From Azolla caroliniana (taxonomy: Eukaryota > Plantae > Polypodiophyta): a DNA stretch of 64,000 nucleotides. Numbering within the stretch: position 1 is the stretch's first letter; each line of letters opens with the position of its first letter. The translations under genes and the position numbers were made by a program. Positions 25,501-36,900 of the stretch are shown here, in pieces. The stretch covers positions 7,068,001 to 7,132,000 of the forward strand of contig JBHGNT010000009.1 in the NCBI GenBank assembly GCA_043228905.1, in the 5' to 3' direction. The notes below the pieces were generated by a model. The model was not told the origin of the DNA, made no database searches, and saw only the letters and a list, made by a program, of their open reading frames with translations.

Positions 25501-26658
25501 CAGGTTCAATCGAACCTCCGGAACGTGTCGAACATCCTTCAGCAGCATCTTGCATCCGGTTGATGTCATCAGCCACACGTCTCCTATGCCGGCAATCCGG
25601 CATGTACCTTCATTTCCCATCCGGACACAGCCGTGCTCACCGGCTATGTAGGATGAGAAGTATTTCTTCTCCGGGGTCAGGTGGAACGACGCTCCGGAAT
25701 CGACCACCCAGGTCATCTCTTCACCGGCAAGGTTTAGCTCCCTCTCTTCGGTAATGAGCATTATCTCTTCTTCACTTGCCGCGAGTGCCGTCGTTCCTTT
25801 CCGGTCCTGCCCTCGCCGATCCGGACCTCTCCGGTCCGTGGCTCCCCGGTATGCACCGTTTCTCTCCGGTGACTTCTTCGAATCGGTGTCGTCGGCTCCG
25901 TTGTCTTTTCGGTAATGCCGACAATTCTTCCGGAAGTGCCCCGGCTTCCCACAGTGGAAGCATGTGGGCCTTCCTCTTGACTGCGACCGGGTCCCCGACT
26001 TCTCCCGTCTTTGCGGACTCCGGTTCCATTGTCTTCCCCGATCCGATTCGGTAAGCAGCGCTTTCGGGTCGGAGGCCGGTTCTTTATCTCTCCGACGCGC
26101 TTCTTCGTTCAAAATACTTGTCTTTACCGTTTGTAGAGACAAGTTATCTTCGGTGCAGGAGGTGCTGAGAGTCACCACCAAGTTCTCCCAGCTTTCCGGC
26201 AATGTACACATCAAGATGATGGCTTGCATTGCATCCTCCAACGGGAACTTGATTGCCGCAAGCTGGTTCACGAATCCCATGAACGTGCTTACGTGTTCCA
26301 CCATGCTCTCGCCGTCCCGGTACTTGAGGTTCACTATCTTCCTCATCAGGGAGGTCCGGTTCAACGCATTCTTCCTCTCGTAGAGACCCGACAGCTTCCG
26401 CCACATCTCGTATGCGTTGGTGTCGTTCGCCACATGTTGTAGAACGCTCACGTCTACGTATTGCCGAATGGTTGCAACGGCTTTCCGGTTCAGAAGCCTC
26501 CATTCCGTCTCAAGTACCCCCTTCGGTATTTCCGACCTGTCAATCGGTTCGTACAGGTCCCGAACAATCAGAAGATCCTCCATCTTGATCTTCCAGTCGG
26601 CGTAGTTCTGCGCATTCAGCACCATCATCCCCGGCTGCCCGCTGCTGCCGCCTTCCAT
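22585..26658 (-). CDS. Gag-Pol polyprotein (Gag, Zn knuckle, protease, integrase, RT, RNase H), 1357 aa
   Basis: First ATG after the PBS at 26658; CFHCGKPGHFRKNC, WVVDSGASFH, LWHKRLCH..CTDC, IRADNGGEY, LYVDDM, FTDSD..STTEAEY..YCDS; no stops. Confidence 0.95.
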   Translation of the reverse strand: MEGGSSGQPGMMVLNAQNYADWKIKMEDLLIVRDLYEPIDRSEIPKGVLETEWRLLNRKAVATIRQYVDVSVLQHVANDTNAYEMWRKLSGLYERKNALNRTSLMRKIVNLKYRDGESMVEHVSTFMGFVNQLAAIKFPLEDAMQAIILMCTLPESWENLVVTLSTSCTEDNLSLQTVKTSILNEEARRRDKEPASDPKALLTESDRGRQWNRSPQRREKSGTRSQSRGRPTCFHCGKPGHFRKNCRHYRKDNGADDTDSKKSPERNGAYRGATDRRGPDRRGQDRKGTTALAASEEEIMLITEERELNLAGEEMTWVVDSGASFHLTPEKKYFSSYIAGEHGCVRMGNEGTCRIAGIGDVWLMTSTGCKMLLKDVRHVPEVRLNLISAGRLDDEGYTGSIRNGVMKFSKGSLIVARARKVNTLYLMNSRLCPEELNVAADTAGELWHKRLCHMSEKGMKRLAEDNLIPVKHVRLEKCTDCLAGKQNRASFHSRPPTRRSAPLELVHTDVCQVETKSHGGAQYFVTFIDDHSRKLWTAPLKTKDQVLSVFKELHARVERESGKRLKAIRADNGGEYRGQFEEYCRSMGIRLEFTVPKTPELNGLAERMNRTIMERVRSMLVHAKLPKGFWAEAMSTATYVINRSPSVPLDGDTPQKVWTGKEVSYRHLKVFGCLAYVHVAKDRRGKLDPKTRPCIFLGYGNDEFGYRVWDPVDKKIFRSRDIIFMEDKTLADWESEKKMKSSKSTGEDQLYKEQSRPARDRLALEDPAEDGEETEPAEEDENDTGTGPDPEMDSDEEESEEPVTEAPERRYPLRERRAPRRFPEPEHVLLTDEGEPESFEEAKHDTQSRRWLSAMQDEMDSLHENHTYELVELPKGKRALRNKWVFKLKPGDAGNPPRYKARIVVKGFQQKKGVDFDEIFAPVVKMTSIRTVLSIAASMDLEVEQMDVKTAFLHGDLEEEIYMQQPEGFEKKGKEHLVCRLKKSLYGLKQAPRQWYRKFDSFMTDEGYHKTQTDHCVFVKKFEGGDFLILLLYVDDMLIVGRDQGKIRMLKKALHRTFSMKDLGPARQILGMHIIRDRKKKQLWLSQEKYVTKVLQRFNMSEARPVGSTLPANCKLSRKQSPKTKAEKEDMMKVPYASAVGSLMYAMVCTRPDIGYAVGVVSRYMSNPGKEHWNAVKWILRYLKGTANVCLRFGSGKPELDGFTDSDMSADADTSRSTSGYVMTYAGGAVSWQSRLQKTVALSTTEAEYMAAVEAGKEIIWMKDFIRELGIRQEEYRLYCDSQSAIHLAKNAAYHSRTKHIQRRYHWIRERIEDQEFVLTKIHTDENGSDMLTKVLTPDKLEACRKRIGLERHPMPK

Positions 26659-26674
26659 TTTCTGCACTGCCGTC

Positions 26675-26686
26675 GCTCTGATACCA
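26675..26686 (-). promoter_or_regulatory. PBS (tRNA-iMet)
   Basis: Reverse complement TGGTATCAGAGC, 3 nt from the LTR. Confidence 0.92.
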
Positions 26687-26689
26687 CTT

Positions 26690-27482
26690 TGTTGAGAATC
26701 TACGCTCCGATTCGCCTTCACCGTTCGGCCACAACCGAGAAATCACGAATCAATGCAGCAGAAAATAGGAAACACAGAGAAAGACACGATAACACCGTGA
26801 TTAACGTGGAAAACCCTAAACAGGAAAAACCACGGGAGTTCAAGACTCCAAACCAACACTATACAGAGAAGTATACAATGGCGAGCTGCAAGGCGACGAC
26901 CTTGAGCTCGCTGTCCTCGCCACAGACGGCGGTAATACACAGAGGCAACGACCTCCTCGTTTCTCTCTCTCTCTCTCTCTCGGCTGCTCTCTCTTCACTC
27001 CTCTTGAGTGGAAAAACAGAAAATGAGCAGCAAACTTTTCAGCAACATAAAACTGTTTGCCCTAAGTCATATTTATACACATATGACTTTCGGGCTATTT
27101 ACAAATATAGCCTCAAGGGCCCTTGGCAAACATATTCACAAATATGTCCCCGCATCCGGATCTCTCTCCGGGTACATACATCATCCGGCTCTGTAGCCGG
27201 GTCTTCATCATCCGGCTCCGTAGCCGGGTCTTCGTCATCCGGCTCCGTAGCCGGGTCTTCATCATCCGGCTCCGTAGCCGGGTCTTCGTCATCCGGCTCC
27301 GTAGCCGGGGTCTACATCATCCGGCTCCGTAGCCGGGGTCTACATCATCCGGCTCCGTAGCCGGGTCTTCATCATCCGGCTCCGTAGCCGGGTACTCTTC
27401 ATCCTCCGGTTCCGTAACCGCAACCGGGCTTGCCGTCATTCATCTCCGGACATCCCATCCGGAGGGACCGTAAATCCCAACA
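26690..27482 (-). repeat. 5' LTR (793 bp), one 27-bp unit shorter than the 3' LTR
   Basis: Direct comparison with 21755-22574. Confidence 0.95.
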
Positions 27483-28020
27483 CATAGTGCGAGTTTATGT
27501 AGTAATTTTAGGGCTTCTCTTTTTGCAAATCTTGCTTCAAATCTATGTAAGCTTGCACTTTAACCTCGAAATCACAATCTTTGACACAAAATAGCACTAT
27601 ATGAATAAATTTAAAATGAATACCCAAAACCTAATTACATTGAAGATTGAATTATTAGTCTAAATAAAAACGAGATAATTCTAGACTCCGTTACAAGGAC
27701 TGTATTGAAAGGTAAAAATATAGAAGCTAGAGAAGTATAATATGTATATGTATCAATTAAGGCATATCCTCGAGCCTTTGTTTAGATTGACTTGTGAGAC
27801 AGCTTCGTTGCCTCTCGTCATCGGTGATCTCAAGCTACCTCTGGATTTGCTACTCCAAGCTCAAATTTTATATGTTTTTAAGAGGGCCCTTACCAAAATA
27901 GTAAGTTTCCTTTTGTAGCACTTTACCTAGAGACTCGACAAACACAAAATTTGTACATCTTATCTTCATTTTTGACATATACCTTGCTACTTACAACAAG
28001 TCACATTTTGTCCATCATCA

Positions 28021-28087
28021 TCCATTATGGGATTCTAACCTTTGACCTTTTACTCTTAGCATAAGACCTTGATCACTGAGCTAAGTC
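28021..28087 (-). other. degenerate tRNA-like/SINE-head sequence
   Basis: Minus strand reads gacTTAGCTCAGTGatc...GGTTAGAATCCc, with A- and B-box at tRNA-like spacing; no convincing cloverleaf. Confidence 0.45.
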
Positions 28088-28429
28088 TTTTTTTTGTCTT
28101 TAACTTTGTTCTATCTCTTGACCATCGTACTTCTGCCTTGACTTTCAATCTCTTATATAAAATTTTTAATTTAAATTGTTTCCTTACGTGTGGTTGCCAC
28201 ATCATGACAACATTGTCACGATAACGTGTGTGTGTGTGTGTGCTAGTCGAGTAGGACCACGAGAACCTGAACCAAAGAGGGCAGGATATTGTGCAAGAAG
28301 ATTTTAAACCCCTCTACAAAGATTCCCCCCAATAACCAACTCTTACACACCATGGGTTACCTTGAGTAATTTTCTCTTTTTGTGAAATAAAACTGTCAAC
28401 ATTGAAGATTTTATTCAAATTGACCTAAG

Positions 28430-28612
28430 ACTCGAACCGAGAATAACTTAGGATCGATTCAAGGAAAATGTTAGGATCAAGTTGAGGAAATCTCAGGCTT
28501 GAATCAAGGAAAGCTTGGGCTCAAGTTGATGAAATCGAGGAAACCTAAGGTCAAGTTGACGAAAGCTTAGGCTCGACTCAAGGAAGCTTAGGCTTGACTT
28601 GAGGAAACTTGT
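28430..28612. repeat. degenerate ~21-22-bp tandem repeat
   Basis: Recurrent aggaaa(g)cttaggctcaagttg-like units. Confidence 0.5.
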
Positions 28613-31600
28613 GTATGAGTCATCACGAAACCTTTCTCTCTCTCCACCATGGAAGCGCTCAAATAGCTAATTTAAGATTAGAGCAAAGTGCAGTTGTTTA
28701 ATACAACAACCTCAAATTAAGACAACACCCACTAATTCAGTCAAAAATATATATTCCCATTTTCAAAATAAGGTATTCGAGGAATGATTAAAATGGGGAA
28801 TACAAACATATGTTTATATAAGGAATATAGTTGCAAAGCAAGGGGGTTTCGTTGGCCCACGCTCACAAGCAACGATTGACATGCTTTTTGTTGTTCTAGA
28901 TTTCCACACCCTCTTTTTCATCTTCCTCTTAAATATTCTCCTTTCTCCACCTCTTCTGCCTTCACTCAAGCAAGAAAACCTTAATAAAATATCTCGAAGA
29001 AGAGGAAGTGTACACCAAGTAAGAAAAAGTAGGAGTGGCCCAAAACTCAATCTCACACCACCCACAAGAAAACCCTAAAACCCAAGGAGGTAAAGAAGAG
29101 GAAAAATGTGTCACAGAACCTAAAATTAGAAAATGAAACCCCTCTAAAACCTGAGTACCAAACCCCAAAATGAGCCCTCAACTCCCCAGTTTAATGTGGG
29201 AGAGGAGACTCACCCATTTATTAAATGCTCACTCACCCCCCTACGTCAAAATATTCAAAGAGAGGTAGTTAACACCCTAACACACAAGCCAAGATTCAAA
29301 CTATACAATGATACATACACTTTCTTCTACACAATCAATAGCCTTAATTACTAAGGCATTGACGTTTTATTATTTTAAACTTTTTAGATTACATTTTGCA
29401 TATTTACATTCATTTTTACACCTCGTTTTACCTCATTTGCCTACATTTGCCTTTGACCCACCACCTCACAACAATGTTGTTTGTCCCATAATCAAGAAAG
29501 ACAAGAACCTCTAATTTTAATTTTATCTTCATTGTTTATAATTGAGTTGTTATCACGTTTTTTCTATTTGTGGCAAGTTTCTCACGTGGCACTAATGAGC
29601 CCTCCTCAAGAGCTATTGTCTTTGGGTAAACCACATAAATAAACACTTTGACCAAATTTCAATTCTAATATCTTGATAAAATGCTCTAACCAACTATTAA
29701 TTATGCCGATAGATGTTCCCGTTTAGACTTCTTATATATGAAGATTTTTCTCCTCATTTAGTACACTTTTTTACTTAATAAGAAACCCTAGATGCAAAGT
29801 ATAACACAAAAATGTTTTTATCAATTGTCAACTTGTTTTGTCCCTAAATGCTTTGCGATTTATTAGTTTCTCTATCTCCCTCTTCTCTCCTTGGAATGAG
29901 TTTAATCCAAATTTCTTGATTTTCACATGCTTCAATGTAACAATTTATCAATAATCGATTGATTCTTGTAGTCACTTCCAATCGTCTTCCTCCTTACACG
30001 TACATAATATACTTATCAATACTTCGAAACCAATCAAACTAAGAATATAATCCTTGTGATACTTTTGCATTGTTTACAAAAGTTTTATTATTATTGGAGC
30101 AAGTGGAGATTAACTTATTGGCTTGATGCTTTAGCTTGTCCCTCTACCAATATAGTAGCAATGCTAAATTAATTCTACTAACAATGAGTGTATAGGTATA
30201 TGCATATAATAAAAATGTGATGGTGTGGTCAGTTGCTCCAAAACACCAAGGGAGTAGGTTGTTATGTGATGAGAGAGAAAGTAGAGAAAATTGTGTAGAA
30301 AAATAGAGAGGAAACCTTAGCCACCAAAAGTCCCTATCTCGTTATGAGAAATTTGGAACTAAGGGGAAATATGAAAAAGATTTTCGCCGCAAGCACCATA
30401 ACTAGAAAGCTCCAACTCCGACAGGAGTTGAGCAACTTGCGACAACACGATTTGTCGGTGGCTGATTACACCTCGAAGATCAAAGATATATGCGACTCCT
30501 TAGCCTCCATCGATGTAAACATCGAGGAAGGCGAAATGGTGTAGATCTATCTCGGGGGACTGGTGTCGAAGTTTGGAGCGTTCCGAACTGCTGTGTGCAC
30601 ACAGGAGAATACGTCGTCGTTTTTCGACCTATAGTCGATGCTCCTTATAGAGGAGAACCACACGGGTGCATCGAGGACTACACACGCCGATAGCAAGATG
30701 TTGTACACGGAGGGAGATAGGCCCCGTGGTCGTGGCGGACGAGGCGAGTCGGTGCGCAATGGAGGCGGCCAACAGGATCAAGGAAGAAGGCACCGAAGTG
30801 ATGCCGACGGCAATTCCGGACCCTCCGGAAACAGGGAGAGTCGAGGTGACGAGAACCGGGAAGGAAAATCCGTCGCAGAATGCTGGTACTGTGGCAAGAA
30901 AGGCCACAAGGAGAGCGAGTGCTGTAAGAAGCGCGCCGATACGGAGAAAACCGGATCTGGATCTGGACAAACCGACAAAGGAAATCGGCAGGGATCGCAC
31001 TACACCGAAGGATCCGAAAAAGTCGGAAAGGGGGCAGCCTTCGTGACGAGACACAAAGCGAACTCGATGAAGAAGACCACCCCGAAATCGGACGAGGTGT
31101 GGTACGTTGACTCCGGCGCGTCAAACCACATGACGAGCCATAAGGAGTGGTTCTCATACCTTGAGAATTTGATGCAACCGGGAGTAGTTGCAACAGGAGA
31201 CGACACTCCGCATCCGATCGAGAATGTCGGTGAAGTTCCCCTGAGCCATGTCGGGAAAAAAGGGAAACTCATGAACATGTTACACGTCCCAACAATCACG
31301 AAGAATCTGGTGTCGGTCGGGCAAATCGTCGACCAAGGGATGCAAGTCCGATCATGCATCTCGGGTGCTTCATCGAGGAGGAAGGCCAAGTTATTACGCA
31401 AGGGTGCCGAGATGGGAGGATGTTTATCCTCGACACCAGTGACGTTGGCACCGCAATGTTCGCAAAAGGACAAAAAGTCGAGTCGGATATCGACTTGTGG
31501 CACAAGCGGATAGGCCACGTCAACTATCAAAGGCTTCAGGACTTGCAATCGAAACAAGTTGTGTTCGGATTGCCCAAATTTAGTGGTCGGAAGGCCCAAA

Positions 31601-33946
31601 TTTGTGAAGCCTGCCAGCTAGGGAAGCAACACCGACTTCCTTTCCCCAACAAGCGTAACCGGAGCCAGAACAAGTTCGACTTGATACATTCGGATGTATG
31701 GGGGCCGGCACAGAACGTTAGTCTTGGCGGGAGTCGATATTTTGTCTCCTTCATTGATGACTACACGCGACACACGTGGATCTATCTCATTGAAAAGAAG
31801 AGTGAAGTCTTCGACTGTTTCCGAGACCTCAAAAGCTTCGTAGAAAGGGAAATAGGGAGAAAGATCATGTGCCTGCGGTCGGATGGCAGAAAAGAGTACT
31901 TTTCTGGTCAATTCAACAGTTATTTGCAACAAATGGGAATTCGGCATGAATTCAGTTGCAAGCATACGCCAGAGCAAAACGGCGTAGCCGAAAGGAAAAA
32001 ACGGTCGAATGTGGAAGTGGCGCGGGCAATGTTGGAAGAAAACAGCTTGCCCAAGTTCTATTGGGACGAAGGAGTACAGACTACGGTCTACATTAGAATT
32101 GGATCGGAGACAAGGTGTCGGCGCATTAGCTATATTTCGGAAGGAAGCCAAATCTACGACACTTGAGAGTTTTCGGTAGCATTGTGTATGTGCATGTGCC
32201 GAAGGAGAAATGGAGGAAGTTGGACGCGAAAGCCGAGAAGTGTATCTTGGTCAGCTATTCGGACGAACAGAATGGTTATAAGTGTTATAACCCCCGAACC
32301 AAACAAGCTCGCGTGCGCCGCGATGTTGTGTTTGACGAGTCCACGTCCTGGTACTTTGCCTTCGACTCCGGACCTCCGGACCCGAGTTCTGACGATGAGG
32401 ACGGCGAGGCTGAAATGACTCTGGATGACCGCGAAAACAAGACCCTCGATGAGAGTCCGATCTCATTTCAGCTAAGTGGACCGAATGAGTGACTGGGTCG
32501 GTTTGACCAGTCCGAAGAAGAGCTGGCGAGTAGTGGAAACTCGGCCGTGCATTCCCCGCGCAGGAAGCCGAGGAGACGGTTTATGCCCAAGGAAAAAGGG
32601 AAGAAGAAAATGTCGGATTACAACACGGATAAGGGCGAGTCAGATCGACGCAAATCCGACTCCGAGAAGAGCGATGACGGGCCTTCGAGAGCGAAGTCCG
32701 CGTTGGCCAAGAAAGCCTCAACATCGGCTAATGAGCAATTACGCCGATCTACCCGCCAGAAGAACCTTGTTGTGCGGTTCGGACACAATGAGTACATGGC
32801 GCATCATTATGCATATGTTACGCGTGTAGCGGAAGTGCGTGAGCCAGAGAGCTACGCAGAAGCGGCGAAGGATGCAAATTGGCATGCCGTAATGCAGGAA
32901 GAGATGCGCGCATTGGCGGAGAATGAAACCTGGGACCTAGTTGACGCACCGAAGGGTGTGAAGCCAATCGGATGTAGGTGCGTGTACAAGGTCAAGTACA
33001 ACACCGACGGCTCGGTCAACCGATACAAGGCCCGATTAGTAGCGAAAGGCTATGCGCAACAACATGGCATCGACTACGATGAGACGTTTGCGCCGGTCGC
33101 AAAGATGACGACCATCCGTGTTTTGCTTGCGATAGCTGCGGCGAAGGGGTGGCATTTACATCAGATGGATGTCAAGAATGCGTTCCTGCAAGATGAGCTT
33201 GAGGAACAGGTGTACATGGTACAAACCCCCGCATTTCACTCCGGAATGAACACCTCGGCGGTCTACCGGTTGAAGAAGTCCCTTTACGAACTAAAGGAAG
33301 CCCCGCGTGCTTGGAACACGAAAATCATGCAACGATTGCGTCGGATGGGATTTGCGATGTCCAAATCGGACTCTTCCATGTTCATTTGGAAAGGTCAACT
33401 TGAGCTGGTTAGTATTTTACTTTATGTTGATGACTTGGTCATCACCGGTGCCGACCTAGGTGAAATTGACCGCATAAAGCTCCAGCTCGTGGCATCATTT
33501 GACATGAAGGACCTGGGGGACCTTCATTACTTCCTCGGCATCGAAGTGGTCTGTACCTCCGAAGCCATACTTATCAGCCAACAACATTACGTGTTGTGTA
33601 TGCTCTTCATGTTCGGGATGGCAGATTGTAAGTCCGTCTCGACTCCTCTAGATAGAACCGTCAAGCTTCGCCCCAACTCCGGAAAGGTTTGCGACCCGAA
33701 GAGGTTCCGACAGATTGTGAGAAACCTCATATACTTGACTATCACTCGACCAGACGTCAGTTACCCGGTTGGTGTGATTAGTCAGTTCATGGTGCGACCA
33801 ACTGAGGAGCACCTTCAGTGCACACAACGCGTACTCCGGTACATCAGTGGCACTAAGGACCGGGGGCTACTTAAGGATCTGCAGGTGGAGGTGTCCGATC
33901 CGACGACAATCTACTGCGACAACCTCAGCAACATCCAGTTAGCGAA

Positions 33947-36900
33947 TGTTGAGCGGCAAGCTCAACCGAATCCGGATCGGCTAAATAAGCCTGAGCCGGA
34001 TCAGCATCCAGAAGGATGAGCCCAATCGGTGAGCCGGTGAGCAAGCGAGCCGGTGAGCTGGGGAGCCGGTTAGTCGGATCAAGCAGTAACCGGAAGCCTA
34101 GTAGCAGCCTAGACTACTAGGTAGTTAATGTCTCGTAGTTAGTGTCAGACGCTCGTGTGAGCATTGAAGTACATTGTACTTCTGTCAATCCTCTTAGGAC
34201 TTGTATAAATAGTGTTGTTGAGCACTTTGTATGTACAAAGAATTTTACAGAGTTGTTGATAATAGATTTAAGTTGTTCTGTTCTTTCTTTGTCTCTCCCG
34301 CGTACTGTGTATATTCAAGATCTCCGTTAAACCTGGCACTTCCACACGCTATTCTTTTTTTTACATGGTATCAAAGCGCGAGGGTTGAGAACCTCTGCAG
34401 CCGACATCAGCATCTGAAGACAAACCCTAAGACCCGCTAAGAACAGAAGGAGAAGTGATGGACAGAGGAATGGCTAGCTCGCTCCCGGTGGAGAAGCTCG
34501 ATAGATCCAACTACGCATCTTGGTCATACAAGATGCACCAGTACCTGCTTTGTCAATGGAGCTAACGACACAACACCTGATGCAGCACACAAGGACTTCC
34601 CAATGTGGGAACAAGCAGCAAGCAGAGTGATGCACTACTTTGCGTCCAGTGTTGGAGACCAGCTGCTGAGCCATGTCCAAGATGCCAAGATGCCAAAAGA
34701 AGCTTGGGGAAACCTGAAGAAGGTTTTTGCGGCAAGCACTACGGCCCGGAAGCTGCAACTCTGACAGGAGTTGAGCAATGTCCGACAGAAGGACATGTCG
34801 GTAGCCGAATACACGGCCTGAATCAAAGAGATATGTGACTCACTTGCCTCTATCAACGTCACTGTAAAGGAAGATGAGATGGTGCAGATCTGTCTTGGGG
34901 GCCTAGCGTCCAAGTTCGGAGCGTTCCGAACGGCGGTATGTACAAGGGAGAATACGCCGTCATTTTTCGACTTACAGTCGATGCTCCTTGTAGAGGAGAA
35001 CCACGCCGGTGTGTCAACAAGTGCACCCACCGACAACCGGATGTTGTACACAGAGGCGGATTGGACTTGTGGGCGTAGTGGACAAGGCGGGTCGGCTCGC
35101 AATGGTAGCGGTCGACAAGAGTAGGACTGAAGGCACAGAGAACCTACCGACAATAGTTGCTAACCCTCCACAAGCAGGGGGAGACAAGGCGGCGCCGGAG
35201 GCCGGAAAGCAAAGGCCGACATGGAATGCTGGTACTGTGGTAAAAAGGGCCATAGAGAAAGCGAGTGCTAGAAGAAGCACGCCGACTCGGATAGATCCGG
35301 ATCCGGCAAGGCCGGCAAAGAGAACCGGCAATACTCGCACTACGCAGAAGGATCGGGAGGATCCAAACCCAGAAAAGCCAGTAAAGGGCCAACCTTAGTA
35401 ATGAAACACGAGGTGAACTCGATGAAGAAGACCACTTCCAAATTGGAGGAAGTGTGGTACGTTGATTCCGGTGCATCGAATCACATGACGAGCCACAAAG
35501 AGTGGTTCTCTTTCTTGGAGAAACCGAAACAACCAGATTGTCGAAACCGGAGATGACACTCCTCACCCAATCGTGCATGTCAGAGAAGTCCCCTTGAGCC
35601 ACGTCGGACGGAGGGGGAAGCTAATGAACGTATTACACGTTCCGACTATCACGAAGAACATGGTGTCAGTCGGTCAGATCGTTGACCAGGGGATGCAGGT
35701 GCTGATTACATACCTTGAGTGCTCCATCGAGGAAGAGGGCCATGTTATTGCGCAAGGGCGCAGAGATGGGAGGATGTTCATCCTCGACACCAATGACGTT
35801 GACACTGCAATGTTTGCGAAAGGGCCGAAGGTCGAATTGAACATTGACCTGTGGCACAAGCGGATCAGCCACGTCAATTATCGGAGGCTTCAAAACCTAC
35901 AAACAAAACAAGTTGTTTTCGGTTTGCCGAAGTTCAGTGGCCGGAAGGTCCAAATATGTGAAGCCTGCCATCTCGGGAAGCAACACTGGCTTCCATTCCC
36001 CACCGAATGAAATCGTAGCCATAACAAGCTCGACCTTATTCATTCGGATGTATGGGGAGCGGCATAGAACATTAGTCTTGGCGGGATTTGATACTTCGTC
36101 TCCTTCATTGACGACTACAGCCGGCACACATGGATCTACCTCATTGAGCGGAAGAGCAAAGTCTTTGAGTGTTTCGGGAACCTGCAAAGCCTGGTTGAAC
36201 GGGAAACGGAGAGGAAGATCAAGTGCCTGCGGTCGGATGGCAGAAAAGAATATTTTTCCGGCCAATTCAACAATTATGTGTAGCAAAAAGGAATTCGGAG
36301 AGAGTTCAATTGCAGATACACACCAGAGCAAAATGGTGTCGCCGAGAGGAAGAACCGGTCGATTATCGACGCGGCAAGGGCGATGCTGGAGGAGAAGAGC
36401 ATGCCCCATTTCTACTGGGTTGAGGCAGTTCGGATGGCTCTCTATATCCAGAACCGGATTGGTGACAAAGTGTCCGCGCATGAGTTGTATTTCGGGCGCA
36501 AGCCGAATTTGAGACACCTTTAGCTATTCGGTAGCATTGCATATGTGCATGTGCCGAATGAGAAGCGGAGGAAGTTGGATGCAAAGTCGGAGAAATGCAT
36601 CCTGATCGGTTACTTGCATGAGCAAAACGGGTATAAGTGTTATAACCCCTGGACGAAGCAGGTCCGAGTAAGCTGAGATGTTGAGTTTGATGAGACAGCA
36701 TCATGGTATGGCTTACCAGCTCCGACTTCCGGCCCCGACCCGATACCGGAGAATGAGGCTAGCGAGCCTGAACCGGTCCAGTTAGAAGACTAAGGGTTCA
36801 AGACTCTAGATGAGAGTCCAGAACGAGCGACTGGGTCTGACAGACCAGTCGGATGGTGAACCGGCGAGTAGTGGAGACTCTGTCGTGATCTCCCCATGCA

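Larger units (their letters stand above)
21755..27482 (-). mobile_element. intact, very young Tnt1/Tork-like Ty1/copia element
   Basis: LTRs 21755-22574 and 26690-27482 nearly identical; perfect TSD CATAG (21750-21754, 27483-27487); PBS 26675-26686; PPT ~22577-22586; uninterrupted ORF. Confidence 0.97.

Noticed and set aside
26659-26721. Longer 1378-aa start for Gag-Pol in the ORF track
   Set aside because: It starts at a non-ATG codon inside the LTR and crosses the PBS; ATG 26658 is the plausible start
26461-27360. 299-aa (and 232-aa at 21754-22452) antisense ORFs with SSSGSVAG repeats
   Set aside because: They are translations of the LTR; the 27-bp repeat keeps frames open and no domain is recognisable
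27490-30360. Host gene in the AT-rich spacer (also 18185-18980 and 20800-21750)
   Set aside because: Only short low-complexity ORFs, with no recognisable domain or exon chain; probably decayed TE DNA
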